Of a stretch of 64,000 bases of DNA, positions 20,019-34,216 are shown in pieces. Location: NCBI GenBank assembly GCA_963702205.1, contig OY969724.1, positions 2,848,001 through 2,912,000 on the forward strand. Reading direction: 5' to 3'. A program made the translations under genes and the position numbers. Origin of the DNA: an uncultured candidate division Zixibacteria bacterium. Lineage in GTDB: Bacteria > Zixibacteria > MSB-5A5 > GN15 > PGXB01. The stretch's first letter is position 1. Every line of letters starts with the position of its first letter. Below the pieces are notes generated by a model, which saw only the letters and a program-made list of their open reading frames with translations, was not told the origin of the DNA and made no database searches.

Positions 20019-21606
20019 AATGTACCATTACGGAAACATCGAAATCGTCAATGGGTTTATCTATCAGGCTTTTTTCTAATTTGAAGGTTACGGTCGATCC
20101 GTCTTGAGATACATAGCTCGAATCGGGCGTAAATCCATAGACATATTTCGCCATAAGGCAATTCAGATAATAATCATAAAGCCCGGCCTCTGCCCCGCTG
20201 AAGATTATTCCGTATCGCTCTCCGTTATATTCCCTTTCAGAGTTCTGTTCGGCAAACATCCAGCTCTTATAGGTTTTTTGGACGGCCTTTTTTCCATTCG
20301 ACAATAATACCGTGCAGATCAAACTATCCGGCCCGTGAAAGTCGACCCCGTAATTGTCGGCATAAGCGTTTATATTTAGTTTCCATCCCTTGCCCTTGAA
20401 GTTCATATCGTTCTTATTATCTGAATCGCCGACACCGGGGACAATTCCGTATGTTCCGTATTTTGCACGGTACTTATCGAACGCACCGATCACATCATTA
20501 TATGAGACACCGAGCGCAGCCGGGACCTTATTTCTTCTGAAATCATCGGCGTCCATAGCCATAACTTGTGACTGGTTACCCGAAACCGCCCGGTACAAAT
20601 CCAGCGTTTTATCCATGCCATACTCGGACAATATCATATCCATAAGCAGGCCCGCGACGGGGTATGACATATCAGTCGATCCGGCCCCCGTATAGAAGCC
20701 GTCATAGGTAATTAATTTATTCGCATCGACAAACCCGTTCTCGATAAGAATGTCACCCAGTTGCAGGACAACCTTTGGCGCTTTGCCCCAACGGCCGCCG
20801 AGCGCGACGGCCAGCCCTTCCTGCACAACCGGCAGAGTATACATAGGCAGGCTTTGCAGCTTATAATTGACCAGTAAATGTACTAATTCATGCTGATGGG
20901 GCAAATGCCGGGAATAGACATAATCGAGCGGCAGGTCGTACATCCCCTCGGTCTTGTAGCCTGTCAGGGAATCGATCTGATCTTCCCCACACAAATAATA
21001 TTCGATTCTCTGCGCCTTCAGGCGATCAAGGTCTTTCTCGGTTGCGCCCAACTTTCGTGCCGTCTGCTCTATGAAATCATCCATCGCCTGGAGGGCAAAA
21101 TCATTGACTTTGGTCGAATCGCCAATATGCAGATCGACGTATTTCGTCCCAAGTACCGGCCAGCTTCGCGCAAAGATATAGGAGCGGTCGGCGATAAGCC
21201 ATTTGCCGAAATACGGCACTGCGAAATAATCGCAGGTTTCTTTGTTCGTACTATATACCAGCGTCACCGGCATTTTATAATAACCGTCGAATTCCTCCGG
21301 CTTGCCGACTATGACTTTGGCGGCTTTTGAGCGAATGTCATTTAGCTTTTGTACGACAATCGACGTGCAGTCGAATTTGGCCGGGACATCGTTATAGCTA
21401 ATCTCCATCCGTCTGGAATCGGCTATGACACTCGGAAGCCAGAAACTCTCGGCCTTCTGGATATCACCATCGACGAGCGCCTTAACATAATCTGAGACGG
21501 TCTTACTTTGTGCGACGGCATTGGAGTTTGATGAAGTCAGTATTACGACAAGCAAGATTGCATTTTTGAGCAATTTAAGGCCGATGCGGGTCGTCGATCC
21601 AAACAT
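20017..21606 (-). CDS. Secreted hypothetical protein with zincin (peptidase MA-like) motif
   Basis: Signal peptide; HQHELVH and downstream QEGLA. Confidence 0.65.
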   Translation of the reverse strand: MFGSTTRIGLKLLKNAILLVVILTSSNSNAVAQSKTVSDYVKALVDGDIQKAESFWLPSVIADSRRMEISYNDVPAKFDCTSIVVQKLNDIRSKAAKVIVGKPEEFDGYYKMPVTLVYSTNKETCDYFAVPYFGKWLIADRSYIFARSWPVLGTKYVDLHIGDSTKVNDFALQAMDDFIEQTARKLGATEKDLDRLKAQRIEYYLCGEDQIDSLTGYKTEGMYDLPLDYVYSRHLPHQHELVHLLVNYKLQSLPMYTLPVVQEGLAVALGGRWGKAPKVVLQLGDILIENGFVDANKLITYDGFYTGAGSTDMSYPVAGLLMDMILSEYGMDKTLDLYRAVSGNQSQVMAMDADDFRRNKVPAALGVSYNDVIGAFDKYRAKYGTYGIVPGVGDSDNKNDMNFKGKGWKLNINAYADNYGVDFHGPDSLICTVLLSNGKKAVQKTYKSWMFAEQNSEREYNGERYGIIFSGAEAGLYDYYLNCLMAKYVYGFTPDSSYVSQDGSTVTFKLEKSLIDKPIDDFDVSVMVH

Positions 21607-21656
21607 TATTTCCTCGGGTTTTGGTGAAATGTCAATATTGATGTTTTACACTGCAT

Positions 21657-23546
21657 TCAGGCGTCGGTTCGAATATCCTGCGATTCTTTGACGATACTTA
21701 TTATCGTGTCTCCGGGGCGCGGCTCGGGCGGTTCCAGGGCGGTCATCACTTTCAAATTCCCTCCGGGCCCGATTATGAACATCGGCAAGGCTTCATCTCC
21801 GTATCGTTCCCGAAATTTGTCAAAATCATATTCCTCAGTAAGCAGGGATTTTTTGGCAATGGCTCCGTCGCGAAACAGGGCCAGGACGAATTCAAAATCG
21901 GCCCTTTCATTGAAAAGAAATCTCCCCTGAAGATGACGAGCCAATTCTTTTTTGCGGCCGCTCTTGAAATGACCCTTGGGAATCAATTGATAGACCTCGG
22001 ACCGCCCAAAAATGTCCTGAAAATGCAGGGCGCTCAGGGAATTGACTTCATCGTTGGGCGTAAGAGCCAGCAGGCGACCGATGCCATCGAGCTGAAGTTC
22101 CGTCAAGAGGTTTTCAGAAAGGACATCGGCATAATAAGCCGGAATTCCTTTCTGACGGGCATCGGAGACGTTGTACCAATTGGTATCGATCAGGGTAACC
22201 CGAAAATCGGCATCTTGAAGAACCTTTGCAATTTCCTGAATCCAGGAGTGCGCCCCGACAAACAACACGCCCTGCGGATTGGGCTGGGCGACCTTCAATG
22301 ACCGCGCTACGAATGACCCCGAGAAACCGTAGACTATTACCGTCCCGATAATAACCTGAAAAGTCAGCGGAACCAGCCGCCCGCAACCCTCGAAGCCGAG
22401 CTCCTGAAGTCTGACCGCAAAAATCGAGACGACGGCCGCCGCCACTATTCCTCGCGGGGCCATCCAGGCCAAAAATCCGCGCTCGCGCCAATTTAGCGTT
22501 GATTTTCGAGTCGAAACCAGCACCGCCAGCGGCCTGACGATTATTATCAGGATAGCCACGAATACCCAGTGCACCGGCTCGAATAGAGCCAGCTGTTCGA
22601 GGGTAATCTGTGCCGCGAGAATTATGAATAAACTGGAAATCAAAATAACCCTGAGGCTTTCTTTGAATTCAACAATATGGTTTATGGACACATATTTTTG
22701 ATTGGCGAGGGCAACGCCCATTATCGTGACCGCCAGAAGACCTGATTCGGATTGGATCATATTGGCCGAGACATAGGCGATCACTACCAACATGAGTGCC
22801 ATAGGGTTTTGCAGGAAATCGGGCACCAGATACCTTCGCAGCAGAAGAACCAGAATTCCGGCCGTCAGGATGCCGATAACCGTCCCACCGACGGCCGCCT
22901 GAATAACGCCGAAAATTATGGCCGAGGTCTTGCTTTGCATCCCCCCGGCAATTATGGCTTCGAACACAAGCACGGCCAGTATGGCCCCGATCGGGTCATT
23001 CACCATGCCTTCCCATTTCAGAATGGACCCTACATTACGCGACGGCCGAATTTGCCTCAGGAGTGGTATTATAACCGTCGGCCCGGAGACGACCAGTATC
23101 GCACCCAGCAAAAGCGCCGGCCAGAAGGCGACATTGGCAACCAGATAAGCGGCCAGAAAGCCCAGAGTCCACGTAATCAAAATCCCGGTCGTCGTCAAAT
23201 TGCGAACCACCCGGCCCACGTTTTTTAGTTCGCTTAAACGGAGGCTCAGTCCGCCTTCGAAGAGAATTATGGCCACCGAAACCGAAACCAGCGGAAATAA
23301 TAGTTCGCCGAAAAGATCGTCGGGCTTGAGGATACCCAGGAAAGGCCCCGCGATCATGCCCGAGATTAGCAACAGCAAGATGGCCGGAAGATTTATCCTC
23401 CACGACAGCCATTGGGACAATATGCCCAGTATAATTATGCTGGCCAGGCCGACCAATTGGTGTTCCAAAAGACCTATTCCCCTTTCCGAATATCTGCGGT
23501 CAGCATACAAAACCGAAAGGCAAAATGAAACAAAATTATCCGGCAA
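21657..23546 (-). CDS. CPA1/NhaP-type cation:proton antiporter with C-terminal RCK/TrkA-N-like domain (true start may be ~23470)
   Basis: ILFEGGL, VSGPTVI, WEGMVNDPIG, APRGIVAA. Confidence 0.93.
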   Translation of the reverse strand: MPDNFVSFCLSVLYADRRYSERGIGLLEHQLVGLASIIILGILSQWLSWRINLPAILLLLISGMIAGPFLGILKPDDLFGELLFPLVSVSVAIILFEGGLSLRLSELKNVGRVVRNLTTTGILITWTLGFLAAYLVANVAFWPALLLGAILVVSGPTVIIPLLRQIRPSRNVGSILKWEGMVNDPIGAILAVLVFEAIIAGGMQSKTSAIIFGVIQAAVGGTVIGILTAGILVLLLRRYLVPDFLQNPMALMLVVIAYVSANMIQSESGLLAVTIMGVALANQKYVSINHIVEFKESLRVILISSLFIILAAQITLEQLALFEPVHWVFVAILIIIVRPLAVLVSTRKSTLNWRERGFLAWMAPRGIVAAAVVSIFAVRLQELGFEGCGRLVPLTFQVIIGTVIVYGFSGSFVARSLKVAQPNPQGVLFVGAHSWIQEIAKVLQDADFRVTLIDTNWYNVSDARQKGIPAYYADVLSENLLTELQLDGIGRLLALTPNDEVNSLSALHFQDIFGRSEVYQLIPKGHFKSGRKKELARHLQGRFLFNERADFEFVLALFRDGAIAKKSLLTEEYDFDKFRERYGDEALPMFIIGPGGNLKVMTALEPPEPRPGDTIISIVKESQDIRTDA

Positions 23547-23572
23547 TTGTTTAGAGAAGAAAAGGAGATACC

Positions 23573-24532
23573 GTGAGACATCGAAATATAATAGTGATAG
23601 CCGTCCTGGCGGTCATTTTGGTCGCCATCGGGGGGATTAAAATTATGTCGCAGGATGAACCGGTTAAGCAGGATAAAAGCATGAAATACAATAAACTGAC
23701 GGACGAAGAAAAACGCGTCATTATCGACAAGGGCACCGAACAGCCCTTCACCGGCAAATATTATAATTCCCATGAGAAAGGTGTATATACCTGCAAGCAG
23801 TGCGGTGCGCCGCTTTTCCGCTCCAATGACAAATTCGACTCCAACTGCGGCTGGCCGAGTTTTGACGATGCCATCCCCGGTGCGGTCAAAAGAGTCCCGG
23901 ATGCCGACGGCATGAGGACTGAAATCATCTGTGCCAATTGCGGGGCTCATCTGGGACATGTGTTCATGGATGAAGGATTTACGGCCAAGAACACCCGCAA
24001 TTGCGTCAATTCCATCTCGCTGAATTTCGTCCCGGATCAAGCCGAACAAAAGACCGACACGGCATATTTCGCAGGCGGATGTTTCTGGGGCGTGGAATAC
24101 AATTTCGAGAAAGTCGACGGAGTTATTTCGGTTATTTCCGGCTATATGGGCGGTCATATCGACAACCCAACTTACGAAGAAGTATGTTCCCATACGACCG
24201 GTTTTGCCGAGACGGTTCAGGTGATTTTCAACCCCTCCAAAACCGACTACGAAACTCTGGCCCGGCTGTTTTTCGAGATTCACGATCCGACTCAGATGAA
24301 CCGCCAGGGACCCGACGTCGGCGATCAGTATCGCTCGGAAGTTTTTTATATGAATGATCAGCAGAAGGCCACCACTGAGAAACTGATTAAGATTCTTAAA
24401 GACAAGGGTTATGACGTCGTTACCAAGTTACAGAAAGCCGGGAAATTCTGGAAGGCTGAAGATTATCATCAGAATTATTATGAGAGAACCGGTAAAGAAC
24501 CATACTGCCACATATACACGAAGCGATTCTAA
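23573..24532 (+). CDS. msrAB: Exported methionine sulfoxide reductase, MsrB-MsrA fusion
   Basis: N-terminal signal/anchor; MsrB GTEQPF, CKQC, CGWPSF, CANCGAHLGHVF, CVNS; MsrA FAGGCFWGVE, AEDYHQNY. Confidence 0.96.
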   Translation: MRHRNIIVIAVLAVILVAIGGIKIMSQDEPVKQDKSMKYNKLTDEEKRVIIDKGTEQPFTGKYYNSHEKGVYTCKQCGAPLFRSNDKFDSNCGWPSFDDAIPGAVKRVPDADGMRTEIICANCGAHLGHVFMDEGFTAKNTRNCVNSISLNFVPDQAEQKTDTAYFAGGCFWGVEYNFEKVDGVISVISGYMGGHIDNPTYEEVCSHTTGFAETVQVIFNPSKTDYETLARLFFEIHDPTQMNRQGPDVGDQYRSEVFYMNDQQKATTEKLIKILKDKGYDVVTKLQKAGKFWKAEDYHQNYYERTGKEPYCHIYTKRF

Positions 24533-24670
24533 TCGAGCCCGGCCCTTTGCGGCCATAAATGACTTGCGTCCGGGCATTTAAACTCCTTACGTCTCACCGG
24601 GAGACAAACCTCATTTCGAGCCGGAACCCAGTGGGTAGCATCTATGAATATCAACGTTTGGCCTTAACAT

Positions 24671-25018
24671 ATGAACGAACGGTTAATCGCAAATATGGCA
24701 GTACACGACAAAGATAGAATATCCATACGTGCGGTCAACAGCCTTGACGCATTATCTCAACTGGAAGAAGCCTGGTGTGAGTTGTACTTCTCGACCAACT
24801 GTCTCGCACCGACCATGACTTATTCGTGGGTATATTCATTTTTGGAAAATCCCCCCGACAGCGTTAAAGGATGGAAGATATTGCTCGCCAGTTTCATGGA
24901 TAATCATAGTCCACAAATCGTTATAATATATAATGGCCGTTGCGGTTATGGCAAAATGGGTTCGAATTCGGAATTTAAAATCTGCCTGTCGCTCGCGGGG
25001 TGGTTTGGCATTTATTAG
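24671..25018 (+). pseudogene. Probable truncated N-terminus of a CelD/BcsL-like GNAT protein
   Basis: LSQLEEAWCEL..PTMTYSWVYSF resembles the family's N-terminus; resemblance is lost after ~75 aa. Confidence 0.4.
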
Positions 25019-25150
25019 TATTCCGCCCGGTTGGCTATGATGTGTATTTATGTATTGCATAAAAGTCCCGTTTATTAAGGGTAGCGCCAAGAATTACCAT
25101 TGGGTTGATAGGGATTTTGGGGGTTAGTCAGTGATTTGGGTTGATGGAAA

Positions 25151-25216
25151 GATGTCGAAACCGCGGGGGTTTCGACCTACAAAACTTTTGGGACAGCCTC
25201 CCCCCATCTGCCGGTT
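25151..25216 (-). repeat. GTAG-type REP, orphan TIR-like end and half palindrome
   Basis: 25151-25180 is the exact reverse complement of 44521-44550. CTTTTGGGACAGCCTC (25185-25200) recurs at 50095-50110. Confidence 0.85.
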
Positions 25217-25271
25217 GTTTATTTTTTGTCGACAAGATTTTGAATCCGCAGGGATTTCGACCGATCAAGAC

Positions 25272-25874
25272 TCAGAACCTAATAGACAACCCTATGCCTT
25301 TTCGATTGTCGAGTAATCCAATATTGATCTTTGTTTTCAGTTCGTCTTTATCCGCTTTCTGCCATTTATCAATATGTGTCAACCAGCCGAATATGCCTCC
25401 CACTATCGCCCCGATCCCGCCAAATTTCGCAGATGCCTTCAGAACATTCGGGCGGTTGGATTCACCGGTTTCCTCATTATAAGGTGGATCAATTGGGCCC
25501 ATTGAAAAAATAAGAATGTCCAACACACAGAACCCGCCGCCATAAATAATCCCCTTAAGCGTCGCTCTCTTTTTCCCGATGCTTTTATAAATAGAATGAA
25601 CCTCCTCGAGGCGGAATTGCCGCACTTCTGATGGGAAAGATTGGTCTGCGATATAAATCGATGTGTCATTCATATTAACCAACTGGCCGATGACTTTGAT
25701 TCTTTCGGGAGATTTGATCGAAAAGAAGGGAAAGAGACTTACTGATTTTATGGTGTCCACGTCGAGCCGCACTCTGTCTCCCGGCGCAATTTGGGCGCTG
25801 AGAGATTGAGCTTGCATGATGATTAATAGCAAGAGCGCGGCAACATAGCAACCGATTGATCCCGATTTCCCCAC
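25272..25874 (-). CDS. Secreted or membrane hypothetical protein
   Basis: Signal peptide, glycine-zipper-like GGIGAIVGGIFG, C-terminal GLSIRF. Confidence 0.7.
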   Translation of the reverse strand: MGKSGSIGCYVAALLLLIIMQAQSLSAQIAPGDRVRLDVDTIKSVSLFPFFSIKSPERIKVIGQLVNMNDTSIYIADQSFPSEVRQFRLEEVHSIYKSIGKKRATLKGIIYGGGFCVLDILIFSMGPIDPPYNEETGESNRPNVLKASAKFGGIGAIVGGIFGWLTHIDKWQKADKDELKTKINIGLLDNRKGIGLSIRF

Positions 25875-25950
25875 GACTACCCCTTGGATATTATCTTACA
25901 ATTATATTATGAAGACTCCGAGAACGGGGTAAATGTTTAAAAATTTAGTG

Positions 25951-26294
25951 ACAGGCAGACGCCCCGTCTGCCGGTTATTTATTTTTGGCAAGATGTCTAC
26001 GAGACTTAAAGAACCCGACATAGAATGTCGGGCCACCCGGCCTATTAGCCTATTGTGGTCCAAAGCAAATGTTCGGTGAATGTCATACCCGCGAAGGCGG
26101 GTATCCAGGATTCGATTTTCTTGTTTGCTATTATTGGAGACGTTTGGAATCAAATTAAGAAAAGAACTGGATTCCCGCGTACGCGGGAATGACATTTTGG
26201 GGGGCTTGGAGGATAATTTGACATCAAACGGTATTGATTATGTCACGCCGCTCTTCACTTAGTTCAGAGCCTTCGGCAAGTCGGCGTGACCTAC
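25951..26294. repeat. Cluster of palindromic repeats (REP/REPIN-like)
   Basis: GGCAGACG..CGTCTGCC (25951-25975); CCCGACATAGAATGTCGGG (26011-26045); inverted pair 26081-26108 and 26167-26194; GTAG REP 26241-26294 (-). Confidence 0.85.
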
Positions 26295-26299
26295 GAAGA

Positions 26300-27142
26300 C
26301 TATTTAAACGAGCGCGCAAATTTGGCCAAGACGCGAGGAGTTTGACGTATAACGCAAACCGGGGGAATTACTTCGGCCAATGTGCCCTTCTTAATGTGGT
26401 ATGCAATTCCGTTACTCCGGCAGAAATCAATCACTATTCTACATTGATCTTTGCAAAATTCTTTATTGTCAGGATATTGAGTCGATTTGACGTTATAGTT
26501 TAGCTTTCCGAAAATTATCTTATCGACAAAGGATATTTTATCCAATATTTTACCAATATTTTGTTTTATAATATTCGGAGTCGGATACGGTTCCATACTT
26601 GCCCAGGTTTTCGCCCCTGAGTCGTGCAGTTTTTCCAAACTCCTAATTCGCTGAAACCACTTGGCCGAACCGGGTTCGTATGATTTTTGGTAGCCCGCAT
26701 CAATTGAGACGAGGCTTATTCCATATTCATTGGCCGCAATTGTGCCATAGCCCAATAAATTCTCAGGATAAATGCCTTTGGTTAAGGTCGTGACCATAAT
26801 GCCATTGGCGTTAAGCAATTCTATTATTTTCAGAGACATTTTATGGATTTCCGGGTAGCCGAGCATGAATGGATCGGACATGAAACACAAATGCACCGAC
26901 TTAATCTTGTCTTTAAGACGCGGAATTTCGTTTTGCAATAATTCTATTGAATTGGCGACGATTTTCGGCTTCAGCCACTCGCGATAAGTCTTGATCCTAC
27001 TGAATCTTTTCGCCATAAGCATGGCATAGCAGGGATAATTACAGCCATGAGCACAGCCTTCAATGTGGTTAATGGTATAGTCGCCGTACTCAACGCCGGT
27101 TTTATAGAGGAGGGATTTTCTTGTTATATAGTCCATGTGCAT
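26300..27142 (-). CDS. Radical SAM-like protein (SPL-like) with CX3CX3C motif
   Basis: GCAHGCNYPCYA, CFMSDPF, LTKG, SMEPYP; AT-rich relative to the core genes. Confidence 0.85.
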   Translation of the reverse strand: MHMDYITRKSLLYKTGVEYGDYTINHIEGCAHGCNYPCYAMLMAKRFSRIKTYREWLKPKIVANSIELLQNEIPRLKDKIKSVHLCFMSDPFMLGYPEIHKMSLKIIELLNANGIMVTTLTKGIYPENLLGYGTIAANEYGISLVSIDAGYQKSYEPGSAKWFQRIRSLEKLHDSGAKTWASMEPYPTPNIIKQNIGKILDKISFVDKIIFGKLNYNVKSTQYPDNKEFCKDQCRIVIDFCRSNGIAYHIKKGTLAEVIPPVCVIRQTPRVLAKFARSFK

Positions 27143-27279
27143 TGTTTATAAATCAAAAAGGTCCAGATTCAAAGAACTACCCGGCCAACATTATCCGAAT
27201 TTATCTATAAAGCTTAGGCGTCAATACCCAATACCAAGACAGGAATGTCTATGTCGGAAACGCCCCTCATTTTTAGGTC

Positions 27280-28597
27280 GCGCGTGTAAATATTTTTGTG
27301 TAAGTGGCCATGACGTATATATAGTTGAAGGAGGTATATCATGGCCAAGAAACGTGACGAAGCTGACAAACTGATCGACGAGATGATCGCCGGCAAGACG
27401 CCGGAAGAGATAGTGGGTGAGGGCGGTCTTCTGCAGGCGCTCACGAAACGGGTGTATGAGCGCGCCCTCGCAGGTGAGATGACGCATCACTTGGGCTATC
27501 CGCCCAATGCTCCCGAAGGCAAAAACAGCGGCAACTCTCGCAACGGCAAAACCAGCAAGACGGTCAAGACCGGGTCGGCAGATGTTACGCTGGAGATTCC
27601 GCGGGACCGGAACGGCGAGTTCGAGCCGCAGTTGGTTAAAAAGCACCAGCGGCGCCTGCCCGGTTTCGACGACAAGGTGTTGGCGCTGTACGCTCGGGGT
27701 TTGACGACGCGGGATATCCAGGGTCATCTTGAGGAGATGTACCAGTCGGAGGTTTCCCCGGCCTTGATTTCGGCGGTGACGGACGCCGTGCTTCAGGAGG
27801 TGACGGTGTGGCAGAGTCGGCCGCTGGAGGCGGTCTACCCGATCGTCTATCTGGACGCCATCCACCTGAAGCTTCGTCAGAGCGGCCAGGTCAAAAACCA
27901 GGCGGTCTATTTGGCCTTGGGGATCACGCCGGAGGGTTACAAGGAACTCTTGGGTTTGTGGGTCGGCGATCAGGAGGGTTCGAAGTTCTGGCTGTCGGTG
28001 CTGACGGAGCTTAAGAACCGGGGCGTTCGGGACATCCTGATTGCCTGTGTCGATGGTCTGACGGGGTTCCCTGATGCGATTGAGACGGCCTTTCCGCAGA
28101 CCCAGGTGCAGTTATGTCTCGTGCACATGGTGCGCAACTCGCTGAAGTATGTCGGTTGGAAAGAGCGCAAGGCGGTCGCGGCCGATCTCAAGACGATCTA
28201 CTCGGCGCCCAACGAAGAAGCCGCCGAGCAGGCCCTGACGGCGTTCGAGGCCACATACCGGGACCGTTTCCCGCAGATCGCCCGCTCATGGCGGTCCTGC
28301 TGGATGAACATCATCCCGTTTTTTAGCTACCCCAAAGAGATTCGAAAGGTTATCTATACGACCAACGCCATCGAGTCGATGAATGCTCAGTTGCGCAAGG
28401 TGACGCGGAATCGCGGCTCGTTCCCGACGGTGGAATCAGTCAGAAAGGTGATCTACCTGGCGATACAAAGAATCTCGAAAAAATGGAAGCGTCCGATCAA
28501 GGACTGGGTGGCGGCCCTTAATCACTTCTGCATCGTCTTCGAGGGAAGGATCGAAAACACATGAACCGGCCGCTTACACAAAATTCCGTACACTCCC
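27280..28597 (+). mobile_element. IS256-family insertion sequence, copy 2 (1318 bp, inverted relative to copy 1, no TSD)
   Basis: Same IRs and identical 407-aa transposase; flanks TTTAGGTC and CCTTTAAG are not a direct repeat. Confidence 0.97.
27341..28564 (+). CDS. IS256-family transposase
   Basis: Protein identical to 10179-11402. Confidence 0.98.
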   Translation: MAKKRDEADKLIDEMIAGKTPEEIVGEGGLLQALTKRVYERALAGEMTHHLGYPPNAPEGKNSGNSRNGKTSKTVKTGSADVTLEIPRDRNGEFEPQLVKKHQRRLPGFDDKVLALYARGLTTRDIQGHLEEMYQSEVSPALISAVTDAVLQEVTVWQSRPLEAVYPIVYLDAIHLKLRQSGQVKNQAVYLALGITPEGYKELLGLWVGDQEGSKFWLSVLTELKNRGVRDILIACVDGLTGFPDAIETAFPQTQVQLCLVHMVRNSLKYVGWKERKAVAADLKTIYSAPNEEAAEQALTAFEATYRDRFPQIARSWRSCWMNIIPFFSYPKEIRKVIYTTNAIESMNAQLRKVTRNRGSFPTVESVRKVIYLAIQRISKKWKRPIKDWVAALNHFCIVFEGRIENT

Positions 28598-28712
28598 CCT
28601 TTAAGCCCGCATAAAGCATCATTCTTTAATAATTACACTTTCTCATGCTAAGCGAAGAATGCGTATATTTGGAATAATTGTCAATCACTTAATGGATTGG
28701 CAATAAAATAAT

Positions 28713-28740
28713 AAACCCCAATCGTTAGATTGGGGCTTTT
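28713..28740 (-). terminator. rrn operon terminator
   Basis: CCCCAATC-loop-GATTGGGG with A/T tails, just downstream of 5S. Confidence 0.75.
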
Positions 28741-28747
28741 GGATTTA

Positions 28748-28865
28748 ACCCGGCAGCTATCTACTCTCCCACTCAGTCTCCCGAGCAGTACCATCGACGT
28801 AAGAGGGCTTAACTGCTGTGTTCGGTATGGGAACAGGTGTTTCCCCTCCACCATCGCCACCGGAA
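28748..28865 (-). rRNA. rrf: 5S rRNA
   Basis: Minus strand has CACCTGTTCCCATACCGAACACAG and GATGGTACTG..GGGAGAGTAG; ends approximate. Confidence 0.95.
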
Positions 28866-28963
28866 TTTTAAATTTGTGACATTCATAACTGTGACGTGTG
28901 GTCATCCCTCAACAGGTAGCACAGGTTCGTGGCACCTTTTGATAGTTTGATAAAGAAATTTAA

Positions 28964-31985
<3,022 letters not shown>

Positions 31986-32098
31986 TATTTCTTCAAATTA
32001 TCCAAAGGTGTTCACATTAGATCCTGTGCAACCTGTTGGAAGATGACCACGGTTTCTTGATAGCTCAAGAAACACGCTTCTCGTTTACAGTTATGAAG

Positions 32099-32111
32099 TT
32101 GTCAAAGAGCA
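32099..32111 (-). promoter_or_regulatory. Spacer boxA antitermination motif
   Basis: TGCTCTTTGACAA on the minus strand. Confidence 0.75.
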
Positions 32112-32124
32112 ATTTTTCTTTTTA

Positions 32125-32197
32125 TGGAGATGATCGGGATCGAACCGACGACCTGTGGCTTGCAAAGCCACCGCTCTCCCAACTGAGCTACATCCCC
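32125..32197 (-). tRNA. tRNA-Ala(TGC)
   Basis: GGGGATGTAGCTCAG..GTGGC-TT-TGC-AA-GCCAC..GGTTCGATC..ATCTCCA, in the ITS. Confidence 0.97.
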
Positions 32198-32204
32198 AAA
32201 GCTT

Positions 32205-32278
32205 TGGGCCTAGGTGGAATTGAACCACCGACCTCGCGCTTATCAGGCGCGCGCTCTAACCAACTGAGCTACAGGCCC
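32205..32278 (-). tRNA. tRNA-Ile(GAT)
   Basis: GGGCCTGTAGCTCAG..CGCGC-CT-GAT-AA-GCGCG..GGTTCAATTCC..AGGCCCA. Confidence 0.97.
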
Positions 32279-32399
32279 TTTACAAGGGCCAGGCTAATGC
32301 GCGACCCGAAATTTATAACTAATAGCAGGTACCGCTGAAAATTCAGGTTCCGATAATGTGTTCGACCTAGGATAGTAAACTGTCGAGACGGTTTACCAC

Positions 32400-33960
<1,561 letters not shown>

Positions 33961-34121
33961 TTATATAAAACATCTTTCGACATTTTAATTAACAGAGATT
34001 GATTCCAAGAACACGAGTGTTGTTCTCGATTCACAAAAAGAGTTTCGATCGTGCTAAAAAACACGATTGAGACCCACACTATCGTACCTAATTGAATTAT
34101 CAATTCGGCACCTGCTATTTA

Positions 34122-34153
34122 GTTGTCAAAGAACATTAGTCCTTCTTTCGGAC
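34122..34153 (-). promoter_or_regulatory. rrn leader boxB-like hairpin and boxA
   Basis: GTCC-GAAAGAA-GGAC followed by TGTTCTTTGACAAC. Confidence 0.7.
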
Positions 34154-34187
34154 AAAAAAACCTGCCCGCTTTGCCAGGCAGACCGGG

Positions 34188-34216
34188 AGTATATATCCGA
34201 AACCACGGATTGTCAA
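34188..34216 (-). promoter_or_regulatory. rrn sigma70 promoter
   Basis: TTGACA (34216-34211), 17 bp, TATACT (34193-34188); GC-rich discriminator and AT-rich upstream tract. Confidence 0.85.

Noticed and set aside
10146..28597. Composite transposon or past inversion bounded by the inverted IS256 pair
   Set aside because: Copy 1 has its own intact TSD inside a rejoinable gene, so it inserted independently and is not recombined with copy 2.
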